50,338 nucleotides of DNA from Paracoccaceae bacterium. GTDB taxonomy: Bacteria > Pseudomonadota > Alphaproteobacteria > Rhodobacterales > Rhodobacteraceae. The notes beneath the pieces were generated by a model. That model did no database searches. It had not been told where the DNA came from and saw only the letters and a program-made list of their open reading frames with translations. This document shows positions 1 through 8,591 of the stretch, in pieces (the first letter of the stretch is position 1; the number at the start of each line of letters is the position of its first letter). Made by a program: the position numbers and the translations under genes. Location: assembly GCA_026982515.1 (NCBI GenBank), contig JALSGY010000424.1, forward strand, positions 1-50,338, given 5' to 3'.

Positions 1-127
1 TCGATGGCGTCCCACATGACCTCGCGCACGAAGCCGCCGATCTGGCGGAAGCAGTCCACGCGATAGAATTTCGTCATCCCGACCGACATCTCATCGCCGC
101 ATTTTTCCGAAACCATCCGCCCCGAGG
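1..127. repeat. Terminal overlap, copy 1 (identical to 50212..50338); circularisation signature
   Basis: I compared 1..127 with 50212..50338 base by base and found them identical, both running from tcgatggcgtcccacatgacc to ccatccgccccgagg. The overlap lies inside one continuous reading frame. Confidence 0.9.
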
Positions 128-536
128 CCGCCTTGAAATAGGGCTTGCCCGAACAGGTGCCGATGCGCGGGTTGGCTTCCATCCGTTCGATCAGCCCGGC
201 GAAATAGCCGCTCGGCAGGTCAAGGTCGAGGTCGAGCTTGCACAGGTAGCTGAAGGTCTCCAGATCGACCGTGTCCAGCCCGGCATAGAAGGCCTCGATC
301 ACCCCCGGCCCGACGGCGCGGTGGCCGCGGTCGGGTTTTGGCACCACCCGGATCCAGTCATGGCGGGCGGCGTATTCGGCCAGGATCTGCGGCGTCTCGT
401 CGCTTGAGCCGTCATCGACGATGACCCACAGCGCCGGCGGCACCGTCTGGGCCACCACGCTGTCAAGCGTGCGGCGCATGTAGTCGGCCTCGTTGCGGCA
501 GGGCGAGATCAGGACATAGGCGTGGGGGTCAGGCAT
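1..536 (-). CDS. Family-2 glycosyltransferase, 5' (N-terminal) part of a gene that wraps the contig junction; GtrB/ArnC/DPM1-like polyprenyl-phosphate sugar synthase candidate
   Basis: ATG is the reverse complement of 534..536. The hand translation is MPDPHAYVLISPCRNEADYMRRTLDSVVAQTVPPALWVIVDDGSSDET...LDLDLDLP...SGKPYF. The frame stays open to base 1 and continues in frame into ORF 49824..50327 through the overlap. 536 + 388 unique nt = 924 nt, giving 307 aa plus stop. Confidence 0.8.
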   Translation of the reverse strand, partial: MPDPHAYVLISPCRNEADYMRRTLDSVVAQTVPPALWVIVDDGSSDETPQILAEYAARHDWIRVVPKPDRGHRAVGPGVIEAFYAGLDTVDLETFSYLCKLDLDLDLPSGYFAGLIERMEANPRIGTCSGKPYFKAASGRMVSEKCGDEMSVGMTKFYRVDCFRQIGGFVREVMWDAI

Positions 537-792
537 CAGGTCTCTTCTGTGGATTGCAGGCCCACGGGTTTCGGGGCTGTAAAAGCATCCCTATTGCACG
601 ATGGCGACCAAAAAGACAAATTGGTGCGCCGACGCCATTTTTGCAGTTGCGTTGCGGGAAATAGTAAGCGCTGCTGCCATTTATTGTGGCGCCAACGGCG
701 GTATTGTCCAAATTCGCGGGGCCGGGCGTGTTTCGAGATGGAAAAACCTGTTATGAACTGGCACTGGAAGTGAAACTCGGGGAACGTGACAC
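537..792. promoter_or_regulatory. Divergent intergenic region between the wrapped GT2 gene and the exosortase gene (promoters not mapped)
   Basis: 256 bp lie between two divergent start codons. GC is locally lower. Only weak short ORFs are present (522..773, 529..711). Confidence 0.35.
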
Positions 793-2397
793 GTGTCGAT
801 GATCAGTAACATGGCGCAGGTGCGCAGGCTTCCCCAGACATTCGCCACCTGGGGGATGTTCTGGCTGGTGGTGGCCGTGCTGGGGGCGCTTGCGTTCTTT
901 TCGGACGGGCTGCGCGCGCTGCTGGACGCCTGGCAGTTGCCGGAATACAGCCACGGGCCGCTGATCCCGGTGCTGTCGGCCCTGCTGTTCCTGCGCCAGC
1001 TGAAAACCGAACCGGTCGAGACCGGCCCGGTGCGTGACTACTGGCCCGGTATCGTGGTGTTGCTTGCCGCCCTGCTGATGGGGGCGCTTGGCCGGCTGGC
1101 CAATATTTCCGACATCGTGGCCTATGCGCTGATCCTGTGGGTCGGGGGCATCCTGCTGGTCAGTTTCGGCTGGAAGCAGGGCCGCCGGTTCTGGCCGCCG
1201 GTGCTGCACCTGATCTACATGCTGCCGCTGCCCGGGGTGGTCTATTACAAGCTGTCGACCTACCTGCAGTTCATCTCGTCCGAACTCGGGGTCTTTCTGC
1301 TGCAGTGGCTGCAGGTGCCGGTTTTCCTGGATGGCAACATCATCGACCTGGGGGTCTACAAGCTGCAGGTGGCCGAAGCCTGTTCGGGGCTGCGCTACCT
1401 GTTCCCGATCCTGAGCTTTTCCTACATCTTTTCGGTGCTCTACAAGGGGCCGATCTGGCACAAGGCGATCCTGCTGGTCTCGGCGGCGCCGATCGTTGTG
1501 GTGATGAACTCGGTGCGTATCGCGCTGGCCGGCTACATGGTGAACGCCTATGGCATCGAATGGGTCGAGGGGCTGAGCCACTTCTTCGAGGGCTGGGTGA
1601 TCTTCGTGATCAGCATCGTGATCCTGTTCATCCTGGCGCGCATCCTGCTGATCTTCCAGCCGGTGAAGATGAGCCTTGCGCAATCGCTCGACCTGGAAAT
1701 CGACGGCATCGGCACGCAGTTCATGCGCCTGCGCCTGGTGCAGGCCTCGACGGGGATGATCCTCGCCGCGGTGCTGATGGTGGGCGCCGCCCTGTCCTGG
1801 CAGTTGCTGCCGGAACGTGGCACGCAGATGGTGGAGCGCGCGCCGTTCAGCCTTTTCCCGCGCCAGTTGGGCGACTGGAAGCAGCGCGGACCTGCCCAGT
1901 CGCTCGAAGCAAGCGTGGTGGTTGTCCTGGGGGCCGATGATTATCGCTCGGTCACCTTTTCCAGGCCGGGCGCCGCATCCGATATCGGCCTGTTCATGGC
2001 CTGGTATGACGACCAGAGCCAGGGGGGCGTGCATTCGCCGGAAATCTGCCTGCCCGGCGGCGGCTGGGAAATTGCCTGGCTGGAACGCACCGACATCGCC
2101 GACAGGCTCGGGCGGCAGGAGCCGTTCAGCATCAACCGGGCGATCATCCAGAAAGGGGAAACCCGCATGATGGTCTATTACTGGTTCGATCAGAAGGGCC
2201 GCAAGATTGCCTGGGATTTCGCCGCCAAGTTCTGGCTGCTGGCCGACGGTATTGCCACCGGACGCACCGACGGGGCGCTGGTCCGGCTGACCACGCTGAT
2301 CGAACAGGGTGAGACCGATGCCCAGGCCGAGGCGCGCCTTCTCGACATGACGCGGGCCCTGCTGTCGCCGTTGCCGAAATTTATCCCGGCAGGGTAG
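793..2397 (+). CDS. xrtD: Exosortase fused to a C-terminal EpsI-family domain (XrtD-like, VPLPA-CTERM-type)
   Basis: The N-terminal half is polytopic and carries the exosortase catalytic motifs: Cys in AEACSGLRYLFP (TGT at 1381..1383), Arg in MNSVRIALAG and His in LSHFFEGW. The C-terminal ~190 aa carries the EpsI-like motif GGVHSPEICLPGGGWE. A VPLPA-CTERM protein is encoded on the same replicon. The start is uncertain (GTG 793, ATG 799 or ATG 811). Confidence 0.8.
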   Translation: MSMISNMAQVRRLPQTFATWGMFWLVVAVLGALAFFSDGLRALLDAWQLPEYSHGPLIPVLSALLFLRQLKTEPVETGPVRDYWPGIVVLLAALLMGALGRLANISDIVAYALILWVGGILLVSFGWKQGRRFWPPVLHLIYMLPLPGVVYYKLSTYLQFISSELGVFLLQWLQVPVFLDGNIIDLGVYKLQVAEACSGLRYLFPILSFSYIFSVLYKGPIWHKAILLVSAAPIVVVMNSVRIALAGYMVNAYGIEWVEGLSHFFEGWVIFVISIVILFILARILLIFQPVKMSLAQSLDLEIDGIGTQFMRLRLVQASTGMILAAVLMVGAALSWQLLPERGTQMVERAPFSLFPRQLGDWKQRGPAQSLEASVVVVLGADDYRSVTFSRPGAASDIGLFMAWYDDQSQGGVHSPEICLPGGGWEIAWLERTDIADRLGRQEPFSINRAIIQKGETRMMVYYWFDQKGRKIAWDFAAKFWLLADGIATGRTDGALVRLTTLIEQGETDAQAEARLLDMTRALLSPLPKFIPAG

Positions 2398-2423
2398 TTT
2401 ATCAACAAGGACTTTGGTATCGA

Positions 2424-3326
2424 ATGCCCAGTATCAGACCCTATTTTCGTGTGTTGCGGCCCCATCAGTGGCTCAAGAATGCCTTGGTGTTCCTGCCCTT
2501 GCTGGCAGCGCACCGGTTTGACGGCGGCACGCTTCTTGATGCCGGCCTTGCCTTCATCGCGTTCAGCCTTGTCGCCTCGAGCGTTTATGTCCTGAACGAC
2601 CTGGTCGACCTCGAAGCCGACCGGGCCCACCCGCGCAAGCGCAACCGCCCCTTTGCCTCGGGGGCAATTGCAACGTCCAGGGGGCTGCTTCTGGTGCTGG
2701 CGCCCCTGGGGGCCGGGGCTCTGGTTGCCGCGCTGCTGGGGCCATGGTTCGGCCTCGTGCTGTTCGGGTATTACGCCACCACGCTGGCCTATTCCTTCTT
2801 TCTCAAGCGGCGCATCGTGATCGACATCTGCGTCTTGGCCGGGCTTTACACCTTTCGCATCATTGCCGGCGGGGCGGCCACGGGCATCGAGATTTCCGTC
2901 TGGCTTCTGGCCTTTTCGGTTTTCTTTTTCCTGTCGCTTGCCGCCGTCAAACGCCAGGCCGAACTGGTTGACGGGGTGGCCAGCGGCAACCTGAAGGCCC
3001 ACGGGCGGGGCTACATCACCGATGACCTGCCGATCGTGGCCAACATGGCCATTTCCTCGGGTTATGTTTCGGTGCTTGTCATGGCGCTCTACCTCAATTC
3101 ACCGGACGTCGCGCGGCTTTATGCAACGCCGGTCCTGCTCTGGGGTATCTGCCTGGTGCTGCTCTACTGGCTGAGCCGGATGGTCCTGGTCACCCATCGC
3201 GGCCAGATGCACGATGACCCGGTGGTGTTTGCCGTCAAGGACCGGACCAGCCTGGTCTGCTTTGCCCTTGTGCTTGTCATTGCGCTGGCCGGGGCGTGGT
3301 CTGGAGAACTCCCTTTCTCGGGATAA
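2424..3326 (+). CDS. UbiA-family prenyltransferase, decaprenyl-phosphate phosphoribosyltransferase (DPPR synthase)-like
   Basis: 300-aa polytopic membrane protein with the Asp-rich motif YVLNDLVDLEADRAHPRKRNRPFASG, matching the UbiA NDxxDxxxD signature. It lies 26 bp downstream of the exosortase gene on the same strand. Confidence 0.7.
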   Translation: MPSIRPYFRVLRPHQWLKNALVFLPLLAAHRFDGGTLLDAGLAFIAFSLVASSVYVLNDLVDLEADRAHPRKRNRPFASGAIATSRGLLLVLAPLGAGALVAALLGPWFGLVLFGYYATTLAYSFFLKRRIVIDICVLAGLYTFRIIAGGAATGIEISVWLLAFSVFFFLSLAAVKRQAELVDGVASGNLKAHGRGYITDDLPIVANMAISSGYVSVLVMALYLNSPDVARLYATPVLLWGICLVLLYWLSRMVLVTHRGQMHDDPVVFAVKDRTSLVCFALVLVIALAGAWSGELPFSG

Positions 3327-3363
3327 GTCGACAGGGCACGATCGCAGCCGCAAGACACTGACC

Positions 3364-4032
3364 CTAACCCCGGCCCCCGACATCCTCGGGCAAAGGCGCC
3401 CCCGAAGCGCGGGCCAAATGGGCCATCCGGCGCTGAAATTCCGCGTGGAAATCATGCTCTTTCGCAAACTGCGCGGCCTTCTGGCAGCGTGCCGCGATCT
3501 CTGCCCGGTCCCGGTCTGTTGCCGCGATACAAGACGCCAGCTTTTCCGGCTTGCCCAGGGGCGTCACCCAGCCGGCCCCGGACTCTCTGGACAGGTCCGC
3601 CCACATCCGGTTCCCGTAGCCGACAACGGCAAGACCGCAGCCCATGTTCTCGAGATAGGTGCAGGACGGGTCCGACTGCCGGTGACAGCACAGGTAGAGA
3701 TCTGCGTTCCGGCGCAGATGGGGAACCAGGACCGTGGCGAAATCCACGGGCTCATGCAACGTGACCTCGGCTTGCAGCCCGGCCTCGCGGATTGCGGCCG
3801 AAATCTGCTCCTGCAGGCTTCCGCTGCCAAATATGTCGAGCGTAAAGCGGAGACCCTGCGCGCGAAGCCGGCGCGCCACGGGAAGCAGGTCCTGCGCACC
3901 TTTCATGGGTTCAAGCCGCCCCGAATAAACCAGCCGAAGCGGCGCGCCATCAAGCAGGCGCCGTGTCTTGTCAGCCATCTCGGCCTGCGAAATGAAAAGC
4001 TCCGGAGACATCCTGTTGTCCAGATACATCAT
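3364..4032 (-). CDS. GT4/GT1-type glycosyltransferase, C-terminal Rossmann half only (possibly truncated or frameshifted)
   Basis: Shows C-terminal GT-B features: LRLVYSGRLEPMKGAQDLLPVA...DIFGSGSL...YLENMGCGLAVVGY. No ~170-aa N-terminal domain is encoded upstream. A short upstream ORF (MSKSKIINEYPRLLIIS...) sits in another frame. Confidence 0.55.
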   Translation of the reverse strand: MMYLDNRMSPELFISQAEMADKTRRLLDGAPLRLVYSGRLEPMKGAQDLLPVARRLRAQGLRFTLDIFGSGSLQEQISAAIREAGLQAEVTLHEPVDFATVLVPHLRRNADLYLCCHRQSDPSCTYLENMGCGLAVVGYGNRMWADLSRESGAGWVTPLGKPEKLASCIAATDRDRAEIAARCQKAAQFAKEHDFHAEFQRRMAHLARASGAPLPEDVGGRG

Positions 4033-4204
4033 CGTGTTGTCGTTCAGATGGCGGTATTTTTCATAAGCGGGATCACCGGCGCAGGCGAGATGATCAGCAG
4101 TCGGGGATATTCATTTATGATTTTGGATTTGCTCATAATTCCTGTAGTATCTAGCCAGATATTACCCCGCCGGAAAGCCCGGCCGAAATGAATAGTGACA
4201 TGGC

Positions 4205-5380
4205 ATGGCTTTTTTCGTGCAAAAACCGATCCCGAGGGGGATTCTCTGGCTTCTTTTCTTTTCATCCGTGCTTGCGGTGCTGTCCTTTCCCGTTGTGGCG
4301 CGGGCCTGGTTTGACTGGCTGAACGGCGGTAGCGACTGGCGCCAGGGGGACTGGCTGATCAACATGGGGTCCGGGTTCATCCGGCGCGGCCTGATGGGGG
4401 ACAGTCTCATCGCGCTCAGCGATGCAACCGGCTGGCCGCTGCTGGCGGTGGCCCAGCTCTTTCAGGGCCTGCTTTTCGTCATGCTGGTTTTCGTGGTCTG
4501 GCTCATCGGGCTGCTCTGCCCGAACCGCCGCCTGCTGGCGTTTCTTGCCGCCTCGCCGGCCATATTCCTGATCTTCTGGGCCGGGGATATTCAGGGCACG
4601 ATGCGCAAGGAGCTGTTTGGCCTTCTTGCCCTGGCGCTGCTGGCGCTCAACGGCATCTGCCGCTGGCGTGGTCCCGTGCTGCCGGTGGCGGCCGTCGTGC
4701 TGTTCACGCTTGGTTGTATCGGCAACATCCTGCATGTCTTCATGCTTCCGGCCCTGATCGCCGGGCTCTTGATGACCCGGGAGGCCGGGCTGATCTCCTC
4801 GCGCCAGTTTGCCGGCCTTGTCATCACGTCCCTGGCGATGAGCGCCCTCTGGATGGGCGTCGCGGTCTGGTTTCGGGAAGTGCCCGAACTGACAGGCATG
4901 TGCGCCCGCCTCGTGGCCCGGGGGCTGGACAAGGACATCTGCGGCGGGGCGATCGGCTGGACAGTTGCCGGCAATATCGATCACGCCTCCGAGCTTTCAC
5001 TGAAACTGACGGCCGGGGCGCTGAAGCGTTATGTCATCGTGGCCGCCCTGTGCATGCTGCCGGTGGCGCTGAGCTTTCGGTTCTTTGCCGAACGCCGGGA
5101 TCTGGCCATTCTTGCCGCGATCACCTTTCTGCCCCTGCTGCCGCTTTATGGCGTGGCAACCGACTGGGGGCGCTGGATCAGCATTTCCTATACGGCCTGG
5201 GCGTTGTTGCTGTTGCAGGGTCATGCCTCGGGCCGGTTCACGCTTTTGAAGACACCCCCCACGGGGCTGATTGCCGGGTTGCTCCTGCTGGCGCTCGTGA
5301 TCTCTCCCGAACACGGGATCGGCTGGCAACCGGGCGGGGCGGTGCGCTCGGTCCTGGCCGCGGCGCAGGACTTTCGCTGA
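4205..5380 (+). CDS. Polytopic inner-membrane protein of unknown function (possible polysaccharide polymerase or membrane GT)
   Basis: 391 aa, mostly successive hydrophobic segments (LWLLFFSSVLAVLSFPVV, LLFVMLVFVVWLIGLL and others). Composition is coding-like, whereas the antisense ORF 4262..4984 is Arg/Pro/Gly-rich. Confidence 0.6.
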   Translation: MAFFVQKPIPRGILWLLFFSSVLAVLSFPVVARAWFDWLNGGSDWRQGDWLINMGSGFIRRGLMGDSLIALSDATGWPLLAVAQLFQGLLFVMLVFVVWLIGLLCPNRRLLAFLAASPAIFLIFWAGDIQGTMRKELFGLLALALLALNGICRWRGPVLPVAAVVLFTLGCIGNILHVFMLPALIAGLLMTREAGLISSRQFAGLVITSLAMSALWMGVAVWFREVPELTGMCARLVARGLDKDICGGAIGWTVAGNIDHASELSLKLTAGALKRYVIVAALCMLPVALSFRFFAERRDLAILAAITFLPLLPLYGVATDWGRWISISYTAWALLLLQGHASGRFTLLKTPPTGLIAGLLLLALVISPEHGIGWQPGGAVRSVLAAAQDFR

Positions 5381-5395
5381 GCCCGGGCCAGACGG

Positions 5396-6283
5396 CTACC
5401 GCGCAAACCGCTCTTTGGTCAGCGCGATGAAGCTGCGCACCGTATCCAGCCCGGCTTTTTCCTTTTCTTCAAGCATGCCGAGAACCTTGTCGCGCGTGGC
5501 CAGGGCATGCCCGGCATCTTCGATGCCATAAGCCACGCCATAGCGATACAGATCATGCTGGGCGGCCCATTCCTCGCGCGAGGCATGTTCGCCGGGCACC
5601 ACGATGCTCAGGCACCCGCAGATCGCCGCATATTGGGAATACATCGTCGCTTCGTCATAGGAATAGAACACCTCGCAACGATTGAAGATGTCGTTGATCT
5701 CGGCCGGCCCGAGATCATCGATGCAAATGGCGCCGGGCACTTCGGTTTCGGGGATGCGCTCCTTGTAGGCGCCCTTGCGCAAAAGATAGCAGACGCCCGA
5801 GCGGTCGGGCCGGTTTTCATTGCGATAGATCCGGTTGATCTTCCAGAGGAACAGCTCGGGGGCGCCCCCGGTCAGTTCTGGCAGGTCGGCTTTCTCGAAT
5901 GCCCGGAAAAACAATTCTCCCTCGGTGAATTCATAGGGGTGGCGTTCGCCGGGCTTGTAGAGCAGCCAGCGGGCCACATGCCTTGCCTGCAACGGGTTTC
6001 CCGGAACGATTTCCGGATAAACGACGATCGTTTTTTCATCGATGTCGGACCTGCGTGCAACCGGTGTGTCAAGCTGCGGGTTGCACTGGAACGGCGGCGG
6101 GAAGATCCGGTTGAAAATCCGGTTGTGGAATCTCTGCCTGAAAATGGGTTTCATTGGCCAGAGATATGCCTGCTCTCCAAGCGTGTTCAGGGCATGCACA
6201 AGCTCATGCAGAAAGATGGTCCCGCCGCTGTCCGCAGTAAAAGACGGTGCGTAGACAATATATTTGACCGAACTGTCAGACAT
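5396..6283 (-). CDS. Hypothetical protein, weakly GT-B-like
   Basis: 295 aa with balanced soluble-protein composition. The N-terminus KYIVYAPSFTADSGGTIFLHELVHAL and the C-terminal CEVFYSYDEATMYSQYAAICGCLSIVVPGE resemble GT-B donor-binding motifs. I recognise no clear family. Confidence 0.5.
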   Translation of the reverse strand: MSDSSVKYIVYAPSFTADSGGTIFLHELVHALNTLGEQAYLWPMKPIFRQRFHNRIFNRIFPPPFQCNPQLDTPVARRSDIDEKTIVVYPEIVPGNPLQARHVARWLLYKPGERHPYEFTEGELFFRAFEKADLPELTGGAPELFLWKINRIYRNENRPDRSGVCYLLRKGAYKERIPETEVPGAICIDDLGPAEINDIFNRCEVFYSYDEATMYSQYAAICGCLSIVVPGEHASREEWAAQHDLYRYGVAYGIEDAGHALATRDKVLGMLEEKEKAGLDTVRSFIALTKERFAR

Positions 6284-6428
6284 GGAAACGAGCCTTTTTG
6301 CGTCCTTTCCTCAAAACCGAACCGGCGTGATGGCCCCTCTCGGGAGCCGTGGCAGGAGACGATGGCATTTCATTGGCCAATGTGGACAGAAATCACGACG
6401 AAACGGCAGTGGTCCCGGTGGCCCGCAC

Positions 6429-7505
6429 TCACGTTGCACGATGCTCCAGAAGTCTTTCGATATCCTCCGCGATCCGGGTATCGGTCAGGGCGCACATATC
6501 CGGGTGGGTCGGAAAATTCACCATCTGCGCGTGCAGTTCCCGGACCCGCGCCAGAGGCGCCAGCGGTTCATACTGGCGGGCGATGTCGACATGGTTTGTC
6601 GGCGCCGTGGCTGTTGCCTCGACAGGGGCGCCAAACAGGATCGGCAGGCTGGTTGTCGGGGGCGCCCCGTCAACGGGCAGCAACGAAGACAGCCCGAAGC
6701 CGGCGCTGATGTCCAGAACGCGTTGGCGCTGTTCCATGTAAGCCGGTTCCCACTGGCCGGCGCGCCGCAGCCGGGCAATCAGGAAGGCGCAGGAAATATC
6801 GGAAATCTTGCCATTGTTCAGCCAGTGGGACGGATCAGACGGAGCCTTGTCATAATTGATCAGCAGGCGCAGGAACTCCCGGGATTCGGCGGGGGCCAAT
6901 GCCAGGCCCCCCTCACCCATGCCATAGGGTTTCGTGTGGTGCAGGCTGAAGGCCTGCCATGGCCAGTCCGGAACATGGCGGTCGATGCCTGCGGCATTGT
7001 CGATCAGCAGTTTTTTCCCGGTGGCCCTGGCAAACCGGATGAAATCTTCGAAACCGCTGTGCATGCCGAATGGATTGGTGACAACGATCCCGTCGTAACT
7101 GTCCGGCGGAAGCTTTTCGAGCGCGGCAAGATCGAGAACGCCGCGCCGGTCGCAATCCAGAAACGTCATGTCGGCGAAATAGCCGCGTCCGAGGTTCTTG
7201 AAGCTGAACGCCGAGCCGACCCAGCGCAGCGCGGGCTTGCCGGCCTCGGCCGCCAGCGCCCGCGCCAGCAGCTCCAGAGCGATGCCGCCGTTTGCGCAGG
7301 GGGTCAGCGCAACACCGGCCGGAAGGTTCATGTGTTCTGCATATTCGGCCGCCAACCGATCATGGAGCGGGCCGAAATTGGCCCAGTGGTTCACGGCGCG
7401 GCACTCATCAAGCAATGCGTCAACCAGATCCATGTCAGGCTGCTTGGCTTCAATGAATTTCACTCGTCTGGAGCCGACGATCGGCTCTCGGGCAGCAAAG
7501 TTCAT
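6429..7505 (-). CDS. DegT/DnrJ/EryC1/StrS-family PLP-dependent sugar aminotransferase
   Basis: I chose the internal ATG at 7503..7505 (MNFAAREPIVG...), which has an upstream GGAAGGA-like RBS. The longer track ORF adds an Arg/Gly/Pro-rich extension. Family-like segments include NFGPLHDRLAAEYAEHM and SLHHTKPYGMGEGG, whose Lys would be the PLP lysine. Confidence 0.7.
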   Translation of the reverse strand: MNFAAREPIVGSRRVKFIEAKQPDMDLVDALLDECRAVNHWANFGPLHDRLAAEYAEHMNLPAGVALTPCANGGIALELLARALAAEAGKPALRWVGSAFSFKNLGRGYFADMTFLDCDRRGVLDLAALEKLPPDSYDGIVVTNPFGMHSGFEDFIRFARATGKKLLIDNAAGIDRHVPDWPWQAFSLHHTKPYGMGEGGLALAPAESREFLRLLINYDKAPSDPSHWLNNGKISDISCAFLIARLRRAGQWEPAYMEQRQRVLDISAGFGLSSLLPVDGAPPTTSLPILFGAPVEATATAPTNHVDIARQYEPLAPLARVRELHAQMVNFPTHPDMCALTDTRIAEDIERLLEHRAT

Positions 7506-7624
7506 GGCAGCATTCCCTTTTCCTTCCCTCTTGCGCAGGTCTCGCCTCCCTTGTCCGGCTCCCTTGTCCGGCTGCCCTGCAGCGCCGCGCCAAAGCCCCC
7601 CCTTCGGCCGGCCATGAAGGCCGT

Positions 7625-8425
7625 TTACGTCCCCAGTTTCTGCCCTGACCGCCCCCGGCTGCGCAGGGCCGTCCAGACCAGTTGCGGCAAAATGGCAATA
7701 CAGGCCCCGTAACGCCCCGCCAGCCGGCCGGGGCTGGTGGCCAGGCGCCACAACCATTCGACAGCCAGCAGGCGCGCCAGTTTCGGCGCCCGGGTCTGGA
7801 CGCCAGAAATGAAGTCCAGCCCCGCCCCGATCGACAGGAACCCCGTTTCGGGCAGCTTTTCCTGCGCCAGCGCGGCGAAAATTTCCTGCTTCGGGGCGCC
7901 AAGCGCCAGAAAGACCAGCCGCGCGCCGGCCGCCTGCAGCTGTGCAATGGCCTCCTGCCCCTGCTCGCCGGTCGGGTCAAACCCCATGGGTGGCGCGATA
8001 CGGGCCACCACGTGCAGCCCCGGATAACGTGTGCTCAGAACGCGCTCGGCTTGCGCCAGAGAGGCTTCGGTCGACCCCAGAAACGCCACCGGCACCCCCA
8101 GGCTCGCGGCCACGTCCGCCACCGGGTCGACCAGGTCGGCCCCCGGCACAAGGTCCACCTTCTGGCCGGCCAGCCGGGACAGCCAGACAATCGGGTTGCC
8201 ATCGGCGGTGACATGGCTGTGGCGCAGATAGGCGTCGCGAAACATCGACAGGCTGCGAAGCTTCACGACATGATCCAGGTTCAGCGTTGCCACCGAAAAC
8301 CCCCGCCTGGTGCGCAGCCGCGCCTCCAGATCGGCCAGCAGCGCATCGCGCGAACTGACATTGACTGACAATTCAGCATCCGCTTTCACGGCGCTGTCCA
8401 TACCTGTACCGGACCAATTGATCAT
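7625..8425 (-). CDS. WecB/TagA/CpsF-family (GT26) glycosyltransferase
   Basis: Family-typical segments are present: ATLNLDHVVKL, VTADGNPIVWLSRL, FLGSTEASLAQA, VFLALGAPKQEIF, GAGLDFISG and EWLWRL. The start is uncertain (ATG at 8425 or 8401; the ORF is open to 8533). Confidence 0.75.
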   Translation of the reverse strand: MINWSGTGMDSAVKADAELSVNVSSRDALLADLEARLRTRRGFSVATLNLDHVVKLRSLSMFRDAYLRHSHVTADGNPIVWLSRLAGQKVDLVPGADLVDPVADVAASLGVPVAFLGSTEASLAQAERVLSTRYPGLHVVARIAPPMGFDPTGEQGQEAIAQLQAAGARLVFLALGAPKQEIFAALAQEKLPETGFLSIGAGLDFISGVQTRAPKLARLLAVEWLWRLATSPGRLAGRYGACIAILPQLVWTALRSRGRSGQKLGT

Positions 8426-8591
8426 CCCGTTTCCCCAATTACCCGACCAGCGACAATGACGCCGGTCCCCTCTCGCAGATTGCTTCAGCTTTTCTTCAGA
8501 TTTCAACGTAGCCGGAGTCGGGTTTTGCCCCAAACACGCTCACCGCACCAAATCAATCAACTCTGGTTCAATCAATTTCAGGTCTTCGACC

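Noticed and set aside
1-127. The terminal 127-bp direct repeat as a mobile-element LTR/IS end or an integration att duplication.
   Set aside because: It is an exact copy lying inside a single continuous GT2 reading frame that closes perfectly when collapsed. No transposase or integrase is nearby. An assembly overlap of a circular molecule is the simplest explanation.
641-656. A shared 9-mer TTGCGTTGC upstream of xrtD (~644..652) and upstream of the VPLPA-CTERM gene (~31999..32007), considered as a common operator.
   Set aside because: By rough count, comparing a ~250-bp and a ~500-bp region on both strands is expected to yield about one shared 9-mer by chance. The flanks do not match and the distances to the start codons differ.
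522-773. Small ORFs in intergenic regions (522..773, 529..711, 16165..16455, 31801..32043, 49696..49908) as candidate small proteins, regulators or toxin-antitoxin genes.
   Set aside because: They have no RBS, odd Cys/Arg/Trp-rich compositions, no motif, and they overlap promoter regions. Nothing supports them as genes.
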